Assembly (NCBI GenBank): GCA_041662745.1
Contig: JBAZRV010000002.1
Location: 85,785-149,784 of the forward strand
Direction of reading: 5' to 3'
Source of the DNA: Patescibacteria group bacterium
GTDB lineage: Bacteria > Patescibacteriota > Patescibacteriia > 2-01-FULL-39-33
Length of the DNA: 64,000 bases
Of the stretch, positions 18,044-27,610 are shown piece by piece. Every line of letters starts with the position of its first letter. The first letter of the stretch is position 1. A model generated the notes under the pieces. It worked only from the letters and a program-made list of their open reading frames with translations, was not told the DNA's origin and made no database searches. The position numbers and the translations under genes were made by a program.

Positions 18044-19816
18044 ATGTTCAATAAGATCAAGGGTCTATTTAAAAAATTTGTTTTGGGCCATAAGGTTGTT
18101 GCCGGCATTGTTTTAGCTGTTGTAATTGCCGGCGGTTATTTTGGCTGGCAAGCGCTATTTGGCGGCAAACAACAGGTGAGTTATGTCACTGCCAAAGCCG
18201 TTAAAGACATAATCATATCAACCGTCTCCGGCAGCGGTACGGTAGCCGCTTCTAACGAAGTGGAACTTAAAACCAAGGCCTCCAGCGACGTGACGGCGGT
18301 TAAGGTCAAGAAGGGCGATACAGTTAAGGCCGGCGAAGTTTTGGTTCAACTCAACGCCAAGGACGCGGCTAAATCAGTTCGCGACGCTCAAGTCAATTTG
18401 GATTCCGCCAAGTTGTCATTGGAAAAATTGCAACAGCCGACCAGTGAATTATCCTTAATCCAAGCGCGAAACTCTCTGATCCAATCCCAACAGAGCAAGG
18501 AAAATTCCGAGTATGCCCTAATTAAAGCTTACGAGGATGCTTTTAACGATATTTCCAACGCTTTTTTGGATTTGCCGACTATCATGACCGATCTGAATGA
18601 TATCTTATACAGTGATGAAATAGGCAAGGCGGAGAAAACCGTCGGCAGTAATCAGACTAATCTTCCCGCCTTGCTTTATTCCTTGGCGGGCGAAGATCAG
18701 GACGGTTTTCAGGTTTACGAATTATCGGCGGAAAGCGATTATAAGGTCGCTTATGCCAAGTATCAGGCTAACTTCAGCAGTTTTAAGGCTACCAATCGTT
18801 ACGCCGACAATCAAACCATAGAAACGTTATTGGCTGAAACCATAGAAAACATCAAGGCTGTGGCGCAAGCGGCCAAGAGTGAAAATAATATGCTTGATGT
18901 TTGGGTGGAGGACAGATCGCAAAATAATTGGTCTATTTTTAATACGGTTGACGGCTATCAGAATGATTTGAGTTCTGATATCGGCAAGGTCAATAATCAT
19001 GTGACTACTTTGTTGGCCATACAGCAGACTTTAAAAACCGATAAAGATGCGATCGCTAATGCCGACAGGACGATTGCCGAGAAAACCGCCAGCTTGGCCG
19101 ATTTGGAAGCCGGAGTTGATGAGTTGGATCTCAGAGCGCAACAGATGAGCGTTCAGCAACGGCAGAATTCTTTGGCCGATGCCCTGGAGCAATATGCCAA
19201 TTATTCGGTAGTTGCTCCTTTTGACGGCGTAGTGGCTAATGTGGCCGTCACCAAAGGGGATACTGTTTCTTCCGGCGCCAGTGCCGTCACTTTGATCACC
19301 GACCAGAAAATCGCCAATATTTCTCTTAATGAAGTTGATGTGTCTAAGGTCAAAACCGGCCAGAAAGTCAGTGTTACTTTTGACGCCATCAGCGATTTAA
19401 CCGTCACTGGCTCGGTGGCTGACGTAGATATGATTGGCACGGTTACCCAGGGCGTAGCCAGCTATGACGTCAAAATAGTTTTTGATTCGCAGAATGATCA
19501 GATCAAGTCAGGCATGACGGCCAATGTTAGTATTGTGATTGACTCTAAAGTTGAGGCGTTGCAGGTTCCCAGCTCCGCCATTAAGACGCAAAACAGCGTT
19601 ACTTATGTCCAGATCATGGTCAATGGCCAGCCCCAGCAGAGAGAAGTTACGATCGGTTTGGCGAGCGATACCATGACGGAAATATTAAGCGGCATAAACG
19701 AGGGTGATGAGGTGGTAACACAAACCGTTACTGCGAATAAATCCAGTACCAAGACAACTAGTGGCAACAGTAACTCCAACAGTCGTCCTCAGAGCGGAAT
19801 GCTGATGGGATTATAA
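18044..19816 (+). CDS. efflux transporter periplasmic adaptor subunit (HlyD/membrane fusion protein, MacA-like)
   Basis: N-terminal TM, long coiled-coil, VVAPFDGVVANVAVTKGDTV beta-barrel motif, S/N-rich C-terminal tail. Upstream of the ABC ATPase and permease. Confidence 0.75.
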   Translation: MFNKIKGLFKKFVLGHKVVAGIVLAVVIAGGYFGWQALFGGKQQVSYVTAKAVKDIIISTVSGSGTVAASNEVELKTKASSDVTAVKVKKGDTVKAGEVLVQLNAKDAAKSVRDAQVNLDSAKLSLEKLQQPTSELSLIQARNSLIQSQQSKENSEYALIKAYEDAFNDISNAFLDLPTIMTDLNDILYSDEIGKAEKTVGSNQTNLPALLYSLAGEDQDGFQVYELSAESDYKVAYAKYQANFSSFKATNRYADNQTIETLLAETIENIKAVAQAAKSENNMLDVWVEDRSQNNWSIFNTVDGYQNDLSSDIGKVNNHVTTLLAIQQTLKTDKDAIANADRTIAEKTASLADLEAGVDELDLRAQQMSVQQRQNSLADALEQYANYSVVAPFDGVVANVAVTKGDTVSSGASAVTLITDQKIANISLNEVDVSKVKTGQKVSVTFDAISDLTVTGSVADVDMIGTVTQGVASYDVKIVFDSQNDQIKSGMTANVSIVIDSKVEALQVPSSAIKTQNSVTYVQIMVNGQPQQREVTIGLASDTMTEILSGINEGDEVVTQTVTANKSSTKTTSGNSNSNSRPQSGMLMGL

Positions 19817-19824
19817 TCAATTTT

Positions 19825-20511
19825 ATGCTGAGATGCGAAAATATAAATAAGATTTATCAGATGGGCGAGGATAATGAATTGGCGGTCCTGTCTGATATAA
19901 ATTTCAAAATAGACAGGGGAGAATTCGTTGCTATTATCGGTCCTTCCGGTTCCGGCAAAACCACTTTGATGAATATTTTGGGCGCCCTGGATCATCCCAG
20001 TACCGGCAAGTATTATCTTGATAATCAGGACGTGTTCAGTCTGTCTGACGAAGAGATAGCCTTGATCCGTTGCAAGAAAATCGGTTTTGTTTTCCAATCA
20101 TTCAATTTATTATCGCGTTCTACGGTGTTGCGCAATGTCATGGTGCCTTTGATTTATGCCAAAGTGCCGAAAGAACAGCGTTTGGCTTTGGCAGAACAGG
20201 CGCTGAAAGCCGTGGGCTTGGAAGAAAACCGCTGGCGTCATTTATCCAATCAGCTATCCGGCGGGCAGATGCAACGCGTGGCCATCGCCCGGGCGCTGAT
20301 TAATAATCCGGATATTATTTTAGCCGACGAACCGACGGGCAATCTTGATTCCAAGACGGGAGAAATTACTTTGGAAACTTTTAAGCGCTTGAACCGCGAA
20401 TACGGCCACACGATAATCCTTATTACTCATGATCATAATGTGGCCAGCCACGCCGACCGGATAATTGAGATCAAAGACGGCCGGATTACCAGCGACAAAA
20501 AAATAAGATAA
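19825..20511 (+). CDS. ABC transporter ATP-binding protein (MacB/LolD-like)
   Basis: Walker [13 protein letters not shown] signature [15 protein letters not shown], Walker [12 protein letters not shown]. Confidence 0.9.
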   Translation: MLRCENINKIYQMGEDNELAVLSDINFKIDRGEFVAIIGPSGSGKTTLMNILGALDHPSTGKYYLDNQDVFSLSDEEIALIRCKKIGFVFQSFNLLSRSTVLRNVMVPLIYAKVPKEQRLALAEQALKAVGLEENRWRHLSNQLSGGQMQRVAIARALINNPDIILADEPTGNLDSKTGEITLETFKRLNREYGHTIILITHDHNVASHADRIIEIKDGRITSDKKIR

Positions 20512-20514
20512 CTT

Positions 20515-21738
20515 ATGCTGTTTTACGATTTATCACAAGAAACATACTTTTCTTTATTGTCAAACAAGTCTCGGTCCGTTTTGACGATTTTAGGCATTGT
20601 CATCGGTATTGCCTCGGTGATTGCCATGGTTTCTGTCGGTCAAGGGGCAACTTCCAGCATCACCAACAGGATTGAGTCATTAGGCACCAACTTATTGGTA
20701 ATTTCCCCGACTTCGCAACGTCGTGCCGGAGAATTGGTGCGCGGCGGCATGGGTGAGGCCACAACCCTAATCCTGGAAGATGCTGAGGCGATTTATGCTT
20801 CTATTGATGGGATCACTTCGGTAGCCCCGGCAGTTACTTCCCGTAAACAAGTTACGGCTAAAGGCACTAACACTAATACCAGTATTTACGGCATTGACGA
20901 AAATTACTTTGCCATTAAAAGCGTGGCTACTGATTTGGGGGCGTTATTCGGCGCTCAGCAAGTTAATTCCAACGCTCGCGTGGCCGTGATCGGACCCGCT
21001 ACCAGAGACAGCTTATTCGGTGAAGGCGCCGATTCAATCGGACAGAAAATTCGCATCAGCGGTCAGGAGTTTACTGTTATCGGCATTGCTCAATCCAAGG
21101 GCGGCACTACGATGGGCAGTTCCGATGACTTGATTTATATTCCCATCGGCGTGGCTCAGCAGTATTTCACCGGCAACAAGGCCGTCAGCAATATCAGTGT
21201 TCAGGTAGCTTCGGCTGATTTAATGGATTCGGTCCAGCAACAAATTTCTGATCTGCTCATGGCTCGTCATGGCATTGGCGATGTCAATAATCTTGACTTC
21301 AGCATCATGAATCAGGCGGACATGTTAAGCACTATGTCTTCGGTCTCTTCCACTTTGACTTGGCTTTTAGGCGCTATTGCCGGCATCTCGCTGGTGGTTG
21401 GTGGCATCGGCATTATGAATATGATGTTGACCACCGTAACCGAGCGCACCAGGGAAATCGGCCTCAGGAAATCCTTGGGCGCCACGAATTCCGATATCAG
21501 CAGTCAGTTTTTAGCCGAATCCGTGGCCTTGACTTTTATCGGCGGGTTTTTCGGCATTATTATCGGTTGGCTGGCGTCTTATATTATCAGCGCTTTAGCC
21601 AGTATGGCAACGAGCGTTACCGGGACCTCGGTCTTGTTAGCTTTCGGCATTTCCGCTTTAATCGGTATCGTGTTCGGTTATTATCCGGCGCGACGCGCGG
21701 CCAAGCTTAATCCGATTGACGCGTTGAGATATCAGTAA
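20515..21738 (+). CDS. ABC transporter permease (MacB/FtsX family)
   Basis: N-terminal TM, large periplasmic domain, C-terminal FtsX-like 3-TM bundle (LTTVTERTREIGLRKSLGAT). Confidence 0.85.
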   Translation: MLFYDLSQETYFSLLSNKSRSVLTILGIVIGIASVIAMVSVGQGATSSITNRIESLGTNLLVISPTSQRRAGELVRGGMGEATTLILEDAEAIYASIDGITSVAPAVTSRKQVTAKGTNTNTSIYGIDENYFAIKSVATDLGALFGAQQVNSNARVAVIGPATRDSLFGEGADSIGQKIRISGQEFTVIGIAQSKGGTTMGSSDDLIYIPIGVAQQYFTGNKAVSNISVQVASADLMDSVQQQISDLLMARHGIGDVNNLDFSIMNQADMLSTMSSVSSTLTWLLGAIAGISLVVGGIGIMNMMLTTVTERTREIGLRKSLGATNSDISSQFLAESVALTFIGGFFGIIIGWLASYIISALASMATSVTGTSVLLAFGISALIGIVFGYYPARRAAKLNPIDALRYQ

Positions 21739-21871
21739 AAAAAATTACGAATTAATAATTACGAATTACTAATTTTATTATTATATTCGTATCCCAAAAT
21801 TGTATGCTGGATTACTGCTTTCACAGGAATAACAAATAATAAATATAATAAATTAATAAAATAAAAAACCT

Positions 21872-22348
21872 ATGAAACAAAAGCTACCTCTTCCTTTGAT
21901 GATTTTGGTCACCGTAGTTGTGATCGTACTTGTCGGCGCCGCTTCTTTTTATGTCGGTACCAAGTATTCTTCAGCTAAGAGATTTGGCGCGTTTGGCAAT
22001 GGCAATTTTGGCCAAGGGCAACAGTCGGGCGATGCCGCCATGGCCGGCCGCAGAGTCAATGCCCTCGGCGGGGGAATGATAAATGGTGATGTTTTGTCTT
22101 TGGATGAAAAGAGTCTCACAGTCAAGGGGCGTGATGGCAGTTCCAAGATGGTTTTTTTCGCCACTTCAACGGAAGTGGGTAGGTTTGCCGCCGGTACCGT
22201 CAGTGATTTGGCTGTCGGGCAGAATATTGTAGTGACCGGCAAGACCAACAGCGATGGCAGTGTTGTCGCTCAGTCAATTCAGATTCGTCCGGCTGCGGCT
22301 AACCCGGATCCTGGTACGCCTAATGCTCCCGCCAATCCAGTTAAATAA
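21872..22348 (+). CDS. membrane-anchored hypothetical protein; paralog of 17496..17990
   Basis: Same architecture and motif pattern as ORF 17496; Pro/Ala-rich C-terminus. Confidence 0.4.
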   Translation: MKQKLPLPLMILVTVVVIVLVGAASFYVGTKYSSAKRFGAFGNGNFGQGQQSGDAAMAGRRVNALGGGMINGDVLSLDEKSLTVKGRDGSSKMVFFATSTEVGRFAAGTVSDLAVGQNIVVTGKTNSDGSVVAQSIQIRPAAANPDPGTPNAPANPVK

Positions 22349-22372
22349 TAATAAAATAATTTTGACCGCTAA

Positions 22373-22408
22373 AAAATATCCTCCTTGCGGGGGATATTTT
22401 ATTTTTAT
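22373..22408 (+). terminator. rho-independent (bidirectional-type) terminator
   Basis: aaaatatcctcc-ttgc-gggggatatttt 12-bp stem followed by atttttat. Confidence 0.7.
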
Positions 22409-22618
22409 GTACACGATAATTAAGATAGTTCGAACGAATTTTAGGCCACCTGTGGCGGCCAAGGACAGCCCTCCCAAATAATTAATTTTATTTGAAGCGG
22501 GCAAAGCCCGCGATCTTTGACAATTTTCACTTTTTCTTTGGCGGAAAATTCTTTAATATTAAGGATTGGTTTGGAGTTGTTTCTATATTAAACACAATTT
22601 AATTTAACAATATCCAAG

Positions 22619-23392
22619 CTACAATCCTGACTTGCTTATAATTAAATCCACAAAAGAAGAGATTTTATTACTTAACGCCATGTCATCATTTGTATATTTA
22701 TCTAAATTTTCATCCGCAAATATGTAATCTGTTTCATTAAAGTGATTATTAATTCCAACTCTAAGAGGTTTATAAAAATTATGAAAAGATTCTTGAAATC
22801 TAAATCTTTCGCTTCCCTTAGTGCCGACACCCATTAGTCTTCCAGAAAATGGATTATTCTTTTTGAGATTTGAAAGATTGTTCTTAATACTTTTATCGAT
22901 TTCTATTTGACTAAAATGGTAAGATATTTTATTTAGTGGAAAAGCAGAAGATAAACAGTTTCTATTTGAAAAGATTTCTATGCCATTTTCTATGAAGTTA
23001 TAATCACAAACATATTCTTCATCTGGAAATGTCTGTCTTTCTTTGTATAATTCTAAATTAGTTGCTGAATTAGAAATATCTTTTTTTAGGATAAGAGATT
23101 TAGAAGTAATATCATATACGTATATAAGCGTTTTAAATTTTTCTATTTTTCTTTCTCGGCAATCATTTTCAAACAAGAATAGACTAGATTTAACACATAT
23201 TGGCTTTCTATAATATTTATAATCCACAACATACCTAACAAAAGATATGCTTCCTGAATCTATGTTAGTTTTAAACCCACCTACAACATCCACTCTGTTT
23301 AACGGAGCTAGTATCTCAGTAATATTATTGCCAAATAATAAAAAAATAGCCGCTATAGCTATAAGGACTATAATAAAGTAACGTTTTTTCAT
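22619..23392 (-). CDS. AT-rich hypothetical secreted/membrane-anchored protein (257 aa)
   Basis: N-terminal TM/signal helix. GC is clearly below that of its neighbours. No recognisable domain. Confidence 0.4.
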   Translation of the reverse strand: MKKRYFIIVLIAIAAIFLLFGNNITEILAPLNRVDVVGGFKTNIDSGSISFVRYVVDYKYYRKPICVKSSLFLFENDCRERKIEKFKTLIYVYDITSKSLILKKDISNSATNLELYKERQTFPDEEYVCDYNFIENGIEIFSNRNCLSSAFPLNKISYHFSQIEIDKSIKNNLSNLKKNNPFSGRLMGVGTKGSERFRFQESFHNFYKPLRVGINNHFNETDYIFADENLDKYTNDDMALSNKISSFVDLIISKSGL

Positions 23393-23561
23393 AAATTTAG
23401 TATTAATAAATAACTTGTATTTAAAAATGATAAAAATTTTCTTTTACCCTGAATGCGAATTCAGACAAAACCGCCAATTGATTTTTGATTATAAAATTCC
23501 GTATGATTTGGTCGCCGCAAGCGGCGGCCAGACCGAGGGAAATTTGACTTTTATTCGAATG

Positions 23562-23633
23562 TACCGCCACGGGGAATCGAACCCCGATTACAGCCTTGAG
23601 AAGGCCGCGTCCTAACCATTAGACGATGGCGGC
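23562..23633 (-). tRNA. tRNA-Glu (anticodon CUC)
   Basis: Hand-folded cloverleaf: acceptor GCCGCCA/TGGCGGT, D-arm GTCT-AATGGTTA-GGAC, anticodon stem CGGCC/GGCTG with loop TTCTCAA, T-arm CGGGG-TTCGATT-CCCCG, discriminator A. The + strand ORF 23415..23615 is a shadow of it. Confidence 0.8.
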
Positions 23634-23798
23634 AAAGTGTTATTTTTGTGAATTACTGAATTATTATATCACAAATATCTTAAATAATCAAGTCGGCAGA
23701 TGATTATTACCGGATTGGCCGATCATATCTCTTGCTTGTTTTCGCCTTGATTTTGATGTAAAATTAACTTAATTAATCCAAACATTTTAATTAATCTT

Positions 23799-26114
23799 AT
23801 GAATCTAAAGCAATTTTTGGCGCCGGCATTAAAAGTTGTAATCTGGGCCTGTTTGGCGGTGGTGCTGTTTTCCGCTTTATACGTCAGTTCCGCTCTGTTT
23901 TTCCCCTTTATCACCTCCAAGACTTTTGCTTTTCAAATTGCCGTAGAGGTAATGTTTTTGGCCTTTTTGTTGCTTTGTTTGGTTGATGACAAATACCATA
24001 TCCGGCTTAATGTCACCGTGCTTTTGCTCCTGCTTTATCTGATAATCTTAACTATCGCCTCGGCTTTTTCCGGCAACGACCTTTATCATTCTTTCTGGTC
24101 CAACAACGAGCGTTGCGACGGCATTCTATTGTTAATTCATTTATTTTTATTTTGCGCCGTCTTGTCGGGTTTTTTCCGCTCTGTCAAAGAATGGCTGTAT
24201 CTTTTTGACCTGTTCTTGTTAGCTTCCTTTGCCGTCGCTTTGGTGGCGTTGGATCAATATTTGGCTTTGACCTTCGTCGGCTCTTGGAAGGATCACTTTT
24301 TACCCTCGTCAAACGGCGCGCGTTTGGCCGGAACCATCGGCAATTCCGGTTATGTCGGCGGTTATATGGTGTTTGGGATTTTTATCGCTTTATTCATGGC
24401 CTTGAAACGATCGCAGTGGTGGGCCAAGAGTTTGTATGTCTTAGCGATTATTTTGGAATTGTTCATCGCTGTCCAAACCTTCACTCGCGGCGCTTACCTG
24501 GCTTTGGGGCTGGGCGGATTCATCACCTTGGTTTATCTGGGTTATTTCTATTACAATAAATTGCGGTTGAAGATCGCAACCACGGGTTTAGTCTTAATCG
24601 TTTCATTATTTATCGTTGTCATCTTCGGTTGCGGCAGCGGCAAGATTTTAACCCCGGGTTTTGGGTTTTCTTGGGAGCAAGGATTCCATAAAACCGCCGT
24701 CTGCAATAATTTCGCTTATGCCAATCCGGTTTTAAAAAGAATCAATTCCATTTCCTTGACCGACGTTACCAGCAATAATCGCATCGTGGCTTGGACTATC
24801 GGTTTGAAGGGTATCGCCGCCAGGCCGATCCTGGGTTACGGCCAAGAGAATTTTTATCAAGTTTTTGACAAATATTATACGACTAAAAGTTCCGAACAGT
24901 GGTTTGATCGTTGCCATAATATGTTTTGCGATCGCGCCGTAACCGGCGGAATTCCGGGTTTGCTGTCCTATCTGGCCGTTCTGTTATTACCCTTCTTCTT
25001 TTTGTGGAAATATTATTTTAAGGAATACGGCAATAACAAAGAACAGGGGGATGCGGACAGGGATTACAAGAAGTATTTGACGCCGGTTATTTTCAGTATC
25101 TTGATTATCGCTTATCTGATCCAGAATTTTTTCATTTTTGAGGCCTTGGCGATTTACATCCCGCTGATAATCGTGTTGAGTTTCGTCGGCCAGTACAGCC
25201 GAAGTTGGAATTTTGATTTTTTAGAAAATCATAATTTTAAAGTGGCTCTGGCCGTAATCGTCGGTATTTTGTTTCTGCCGGCGCTTTGGTTTTTCAGCTT
25301 GAAACCGTTTTACGCCAATGCCGATTTTATCAAAGCCCTGACCAGGCCTTGGCCGACCCTGCAAGATAAGATTGATTCCTTTGAAGAAGTTATCGGTCGC
25401 GGCACTTTGGGCAACCAAGAGTATCGCAAGCATTACTTTGATTTTTATGGCAACGAACTGATGAGTTATTTGTCCCAGGCAGCCAACCGCACATCGGACA
25501 AAGACCGGCAAATGGCCAATTGGTCCGATTTGATGGAAAACCAATTCTTAAATCAGTTGAAAGAAAATCCCCATAGCGTTACCAATTGGCTGTTGCTTGA
25601 AAGATTTTATAATATTTCTTATGTTTTCAATGTCAATCGCCTGCAGAAGGCTATCGGCATTGCCGATCAGATGATCGCTCTAAGTCCGGGCAGACCTCAG
25701 ATATATTACGAAGCCGGCTCCGCTAATTATTATCTGGGCTGTTTCCTGCTGACTGAAAAAAATAACCCCGTGGAAGCCAAAAAGCAATATCAGCAAGCTT
25801 TGACCAGATTTTGGCAGGGCGCCAAGATCAATAATCAGGTCGGCAACGGCTTTGATCAATTCAGTGATTTTGTCTTATCCATTAAAAATAACGCCCAGAT
25901 TGCCGATACGTTCGCTCAAGCCTTGGCTACGGGACCGCTAGACGATATAGCGCCCTTAGAATTAATCAAGCAATTGGCCGAATGGTCCAAGACGCCGGAT
26001 GATCAGGCAATTATGGCGCAAAGGGAGGAGAAGCTTAAAACCATGGCCGTTTGGCTAATCGCTTCCCGAGCCGGCAATCCCGAATTAAAACAATACCTGG
26101 AAACAATCAAATAA
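23799..26114 (+). CDS. O-antigen ligase (Wzy_C) family membrane protein with C-terminal TPR-like domain (paralog of 11245..13428)
   Basis: Polytopic; DRCHNMFCDRAVTGGIPGLLSYLAVL motif parallels DRAHNFIFDILLASGLIGLLFY of the paralog; C-terminal ~280 aa soluble repeat domain. Confidence 0.65.
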   Translation: MNLKQFLAPALKVVIWACLAVVLFSALYVSSALFFPFITSKTFAFQIAVEVMFLAFLLLCLVDDKYHIRLNVTVLLLLLYLIILTIASAFSGNDLYHSFWSNNERCDGILLLIHLFLFCAVLSGFFRSVKEWLYLFDLFLLASFAVALVALDQYLALTFVGSWKDHFLPSSNGARLAGTIGNSGYVGGYMVFGIFIALFMALKRSQWWAKSLYVLAIILELFIAVQTFTRGAYLALGLGGFITLVYLGYFYYNKLRLKIATTGLVLIVSLFIVVIFGCGSGKILTPGFGFSWEQGFHKTAVCNNFAYANPVLKRINSISLTDVTSNNRIVAWTIGLKGIAARPILGYGQENFYQVFDKYYTTKSSEQWFDRCHNMFCDRAVTGGIPGLLSYLAVLLLPFFFLWKYYFKEYGNNKEQGDADRDYKKYLTPVIFSILIIAYLIQNFFIFEALAIYIPLIIVLSFVGQYSRSWNFDFLENHNFKVALAVIVGILFLPALWFFSLKPFYANADFIKALTRPWPTLQDKIDSFEEVIGRGTLGNQEYRKHYFDFYGNELMSYLSQAANRTSDKDRQMANWSDLMENQFLNQLKENPHSVTNWLLLERFYNISYVFNVNRLQKAIGIADQMIALSPGRPQIYYEAGSANYYLGCFLLTEKNNPVEAKKQYQQALTRFWQGAKINNQVGNGFDQFSDFVLSIKNNAQIADTFAQALATGPLDDIAPLELIKQLAEWSKTPDDQAIMAQREEKLKTMAVWLIASRAGNPELKQYLETIK

Positions 26115-26117
26115 TAT

Positions 26118-26148
26118 AAAAATCCCCGATTTTATTCGGGGATTTTTT
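26118..26148. terminator. bidirectional rho-independent terminator
   Basis: aaaaatccccga-ttttat-tcggggattttt: A-tract, 12-bp stem, T-tract. Sits between convergent genes. Confidence 0.8.
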
Positions 26149-26163
26149 AGTCGGCCGGTTTTT

Positions 26164-27312
26164 TTATTTCCGATACGCTTCAATGGTTTTTTCTATCATT
26201 TCTCTTAGGTTGAATTCTTTTTTTACTTTGATCAGCCCCGCTTCGCCGAATTGCTTTCTTAATTTTTCATCGGCCAACAGCTTTATTTTTTCGGCTAGCC
26301 TTTCCGGCGATCGCGGTTCAATCAGATAACCGGTAACGCCATTGTCAATTATTTCGGGAATGCCGCCGACCTTAGCGGCTATGACGGGCAAGCCGGCCGA
26401 CATGGCCTCCAGTATGAAGTAGGGCAGGCCTTCTTTGGTTGACGACATCACGGCCAAGTCAAAAGCTTTCAAGTATCTGGCGGCTTCTTTTTTGTTGCCG
26501 GCCAGAATAATGTTAGCTTCTAATTTTAATCGTTTGATCTGTTGTTCTAATTCCTTCCTTAATTCTCCTTCGCCGATGATTATCAGCTTGTAATCGGCAA
26601 CCGGCAGGAGACTGACAGCGTCAATTAAATAATTCAATCCTTTAGCCGGGTAAAAGTTGGCAATAGTTCCGATTATCAGCTTATCATTATTTTTAGTAAC
26701 AGTCGCCGAGTCGTCGGTTTTTAATAATTCGCCCAAAGCCCCTTCTTTAGCCAAAAAATAATCAGCCGGCAGATCTATGCCGTTACGAACGATTATTAAT
26801 TTTTCAGCCGGAGCGATTTTTGCTTTAAGGCCGGCTTGCCGATCAAAATCAGACAGGCAAATGAAATAATCCTTAAAACCGGCAAATGATTTTTCTATCA
26901 AAAAATAAAACAGTTTAGTCAGGGGATTGAGGCTTTCATTAAAAACCCAGCCGTGTACCGTATAAACCACTTTAGCGCGATGGCGGGCTAATTTGGCGGC
27001 CAAGGATCCCACCGCTCCGGCTTTACTGCTGTTTAGATGGACAACATCGGGCCGTTCTTGTTCAATCAGTGTTTTTATCTCTTTGACTGCCAACAAATCA
27101 TTAATCAAACTGATCCTTCTCACCAATCTCTTAAGGGGAAGGAATTTTATATTTTCTTCTTGCAATCTTGCTGTTAATTCCCCGACAGACTCTTCCCCGC
27201 CGGCCACCGTAACGGCTATGTTATTATTTTTGGCTAAATTTACAGCAAAAGTATGGACATATTTTTGCGCTCCGCCCCAGGATGATTGAGTGATGATAAA
27301 TAACGCTTTCAT
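26164..27312 (-). CDS. glycosyltransferase family 4
   Basis: GT-B fold; E-x7-E motif EGLPYFILEAMSAGLPVIAAKVGGIPEII. Confidence 0.8.
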   Translation of the reverse strand: MKALFIITQSSWGGAQKYVHTFAVNLAKNNNIAVTVAGGEESVGELTARLQEENIKFLPLKRLVRRISLINDLLAVKEIKTLIEQERPDVVHLNSSKAGAVGSLAAKLARHRAKVVYTVHGWVFNESLNPLTKLFYFLIEKSFAGFKDYFICLSDFDRQAGLKAKIAPAEKLIIVRNGIDLPADYFLAKEGALGELLKTDDSATVTKNNDKLIIGTIANFYPAKGLNYLIDAVSLLPVADYKLIIIGEGELRKELEQQIKRLKLEANIILAGNKKEAARYLKAFDLAVMSSTKEGLPYFILEAMSAGLPVIAAKVGGIPEIIDNGVTGYLIEPRSPERLAEKIKLLADEKLRKQFGEAGLIKVKKEFNLREMIEKTIEAYRK

Positions 27313-27610
27313 AAGTTGTCGTCTTGATTTTTTTAGCTTATTTCTGATATAATATTAAGGTATTAATTGATAATTTACAAGACCGCCATGAACAAATTAA
27401 TCGGTTTTATCGGCCAGGGTTGGATCGGCAAAAGTATAGACATATTTTTGCGCTCCGCCCCAGGATGATTGAGTGATGATAAATAACGCTTTCATAAGTC
27501 GTCGTCTTGATTTTTTTAGCTTATTTTTGATATAATATTAAGGTATTGATTGATAATTTACAAGACCACTATGAACAAATTAATCGGTTTTATCGGCCAG
27601 GGTTGGATCG
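27245..27610. repeat. direct tandem duplication of a 183-bp unit (27245-27427 and 27428-27610, ~97% identical)
   Basis: Aligned by eye: the offset is exactly 183 with about 6 mismatches. Each unit carries the 5' end of the minus-strand GT4 gene, the divergent intergenic region and the 5' end of the + strand dehydrogenase-family gene. The junction has gcaaaa microhomology. Confidence 0.9.

Noticed and set aside
23415-23615. 66-aa + strand ORF
   Set aside because: Overlaps the minus-strand tRNA-Glu gene and has no coding features.
27245-27610. 183-bp duplication as a CRISPR-like or minisatellite array
   Set aside because: Only two copies, no spacer/repeat alternation, and the units contain gene 5' ends. 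It is a segmental tandem duplication, not CRISPR.
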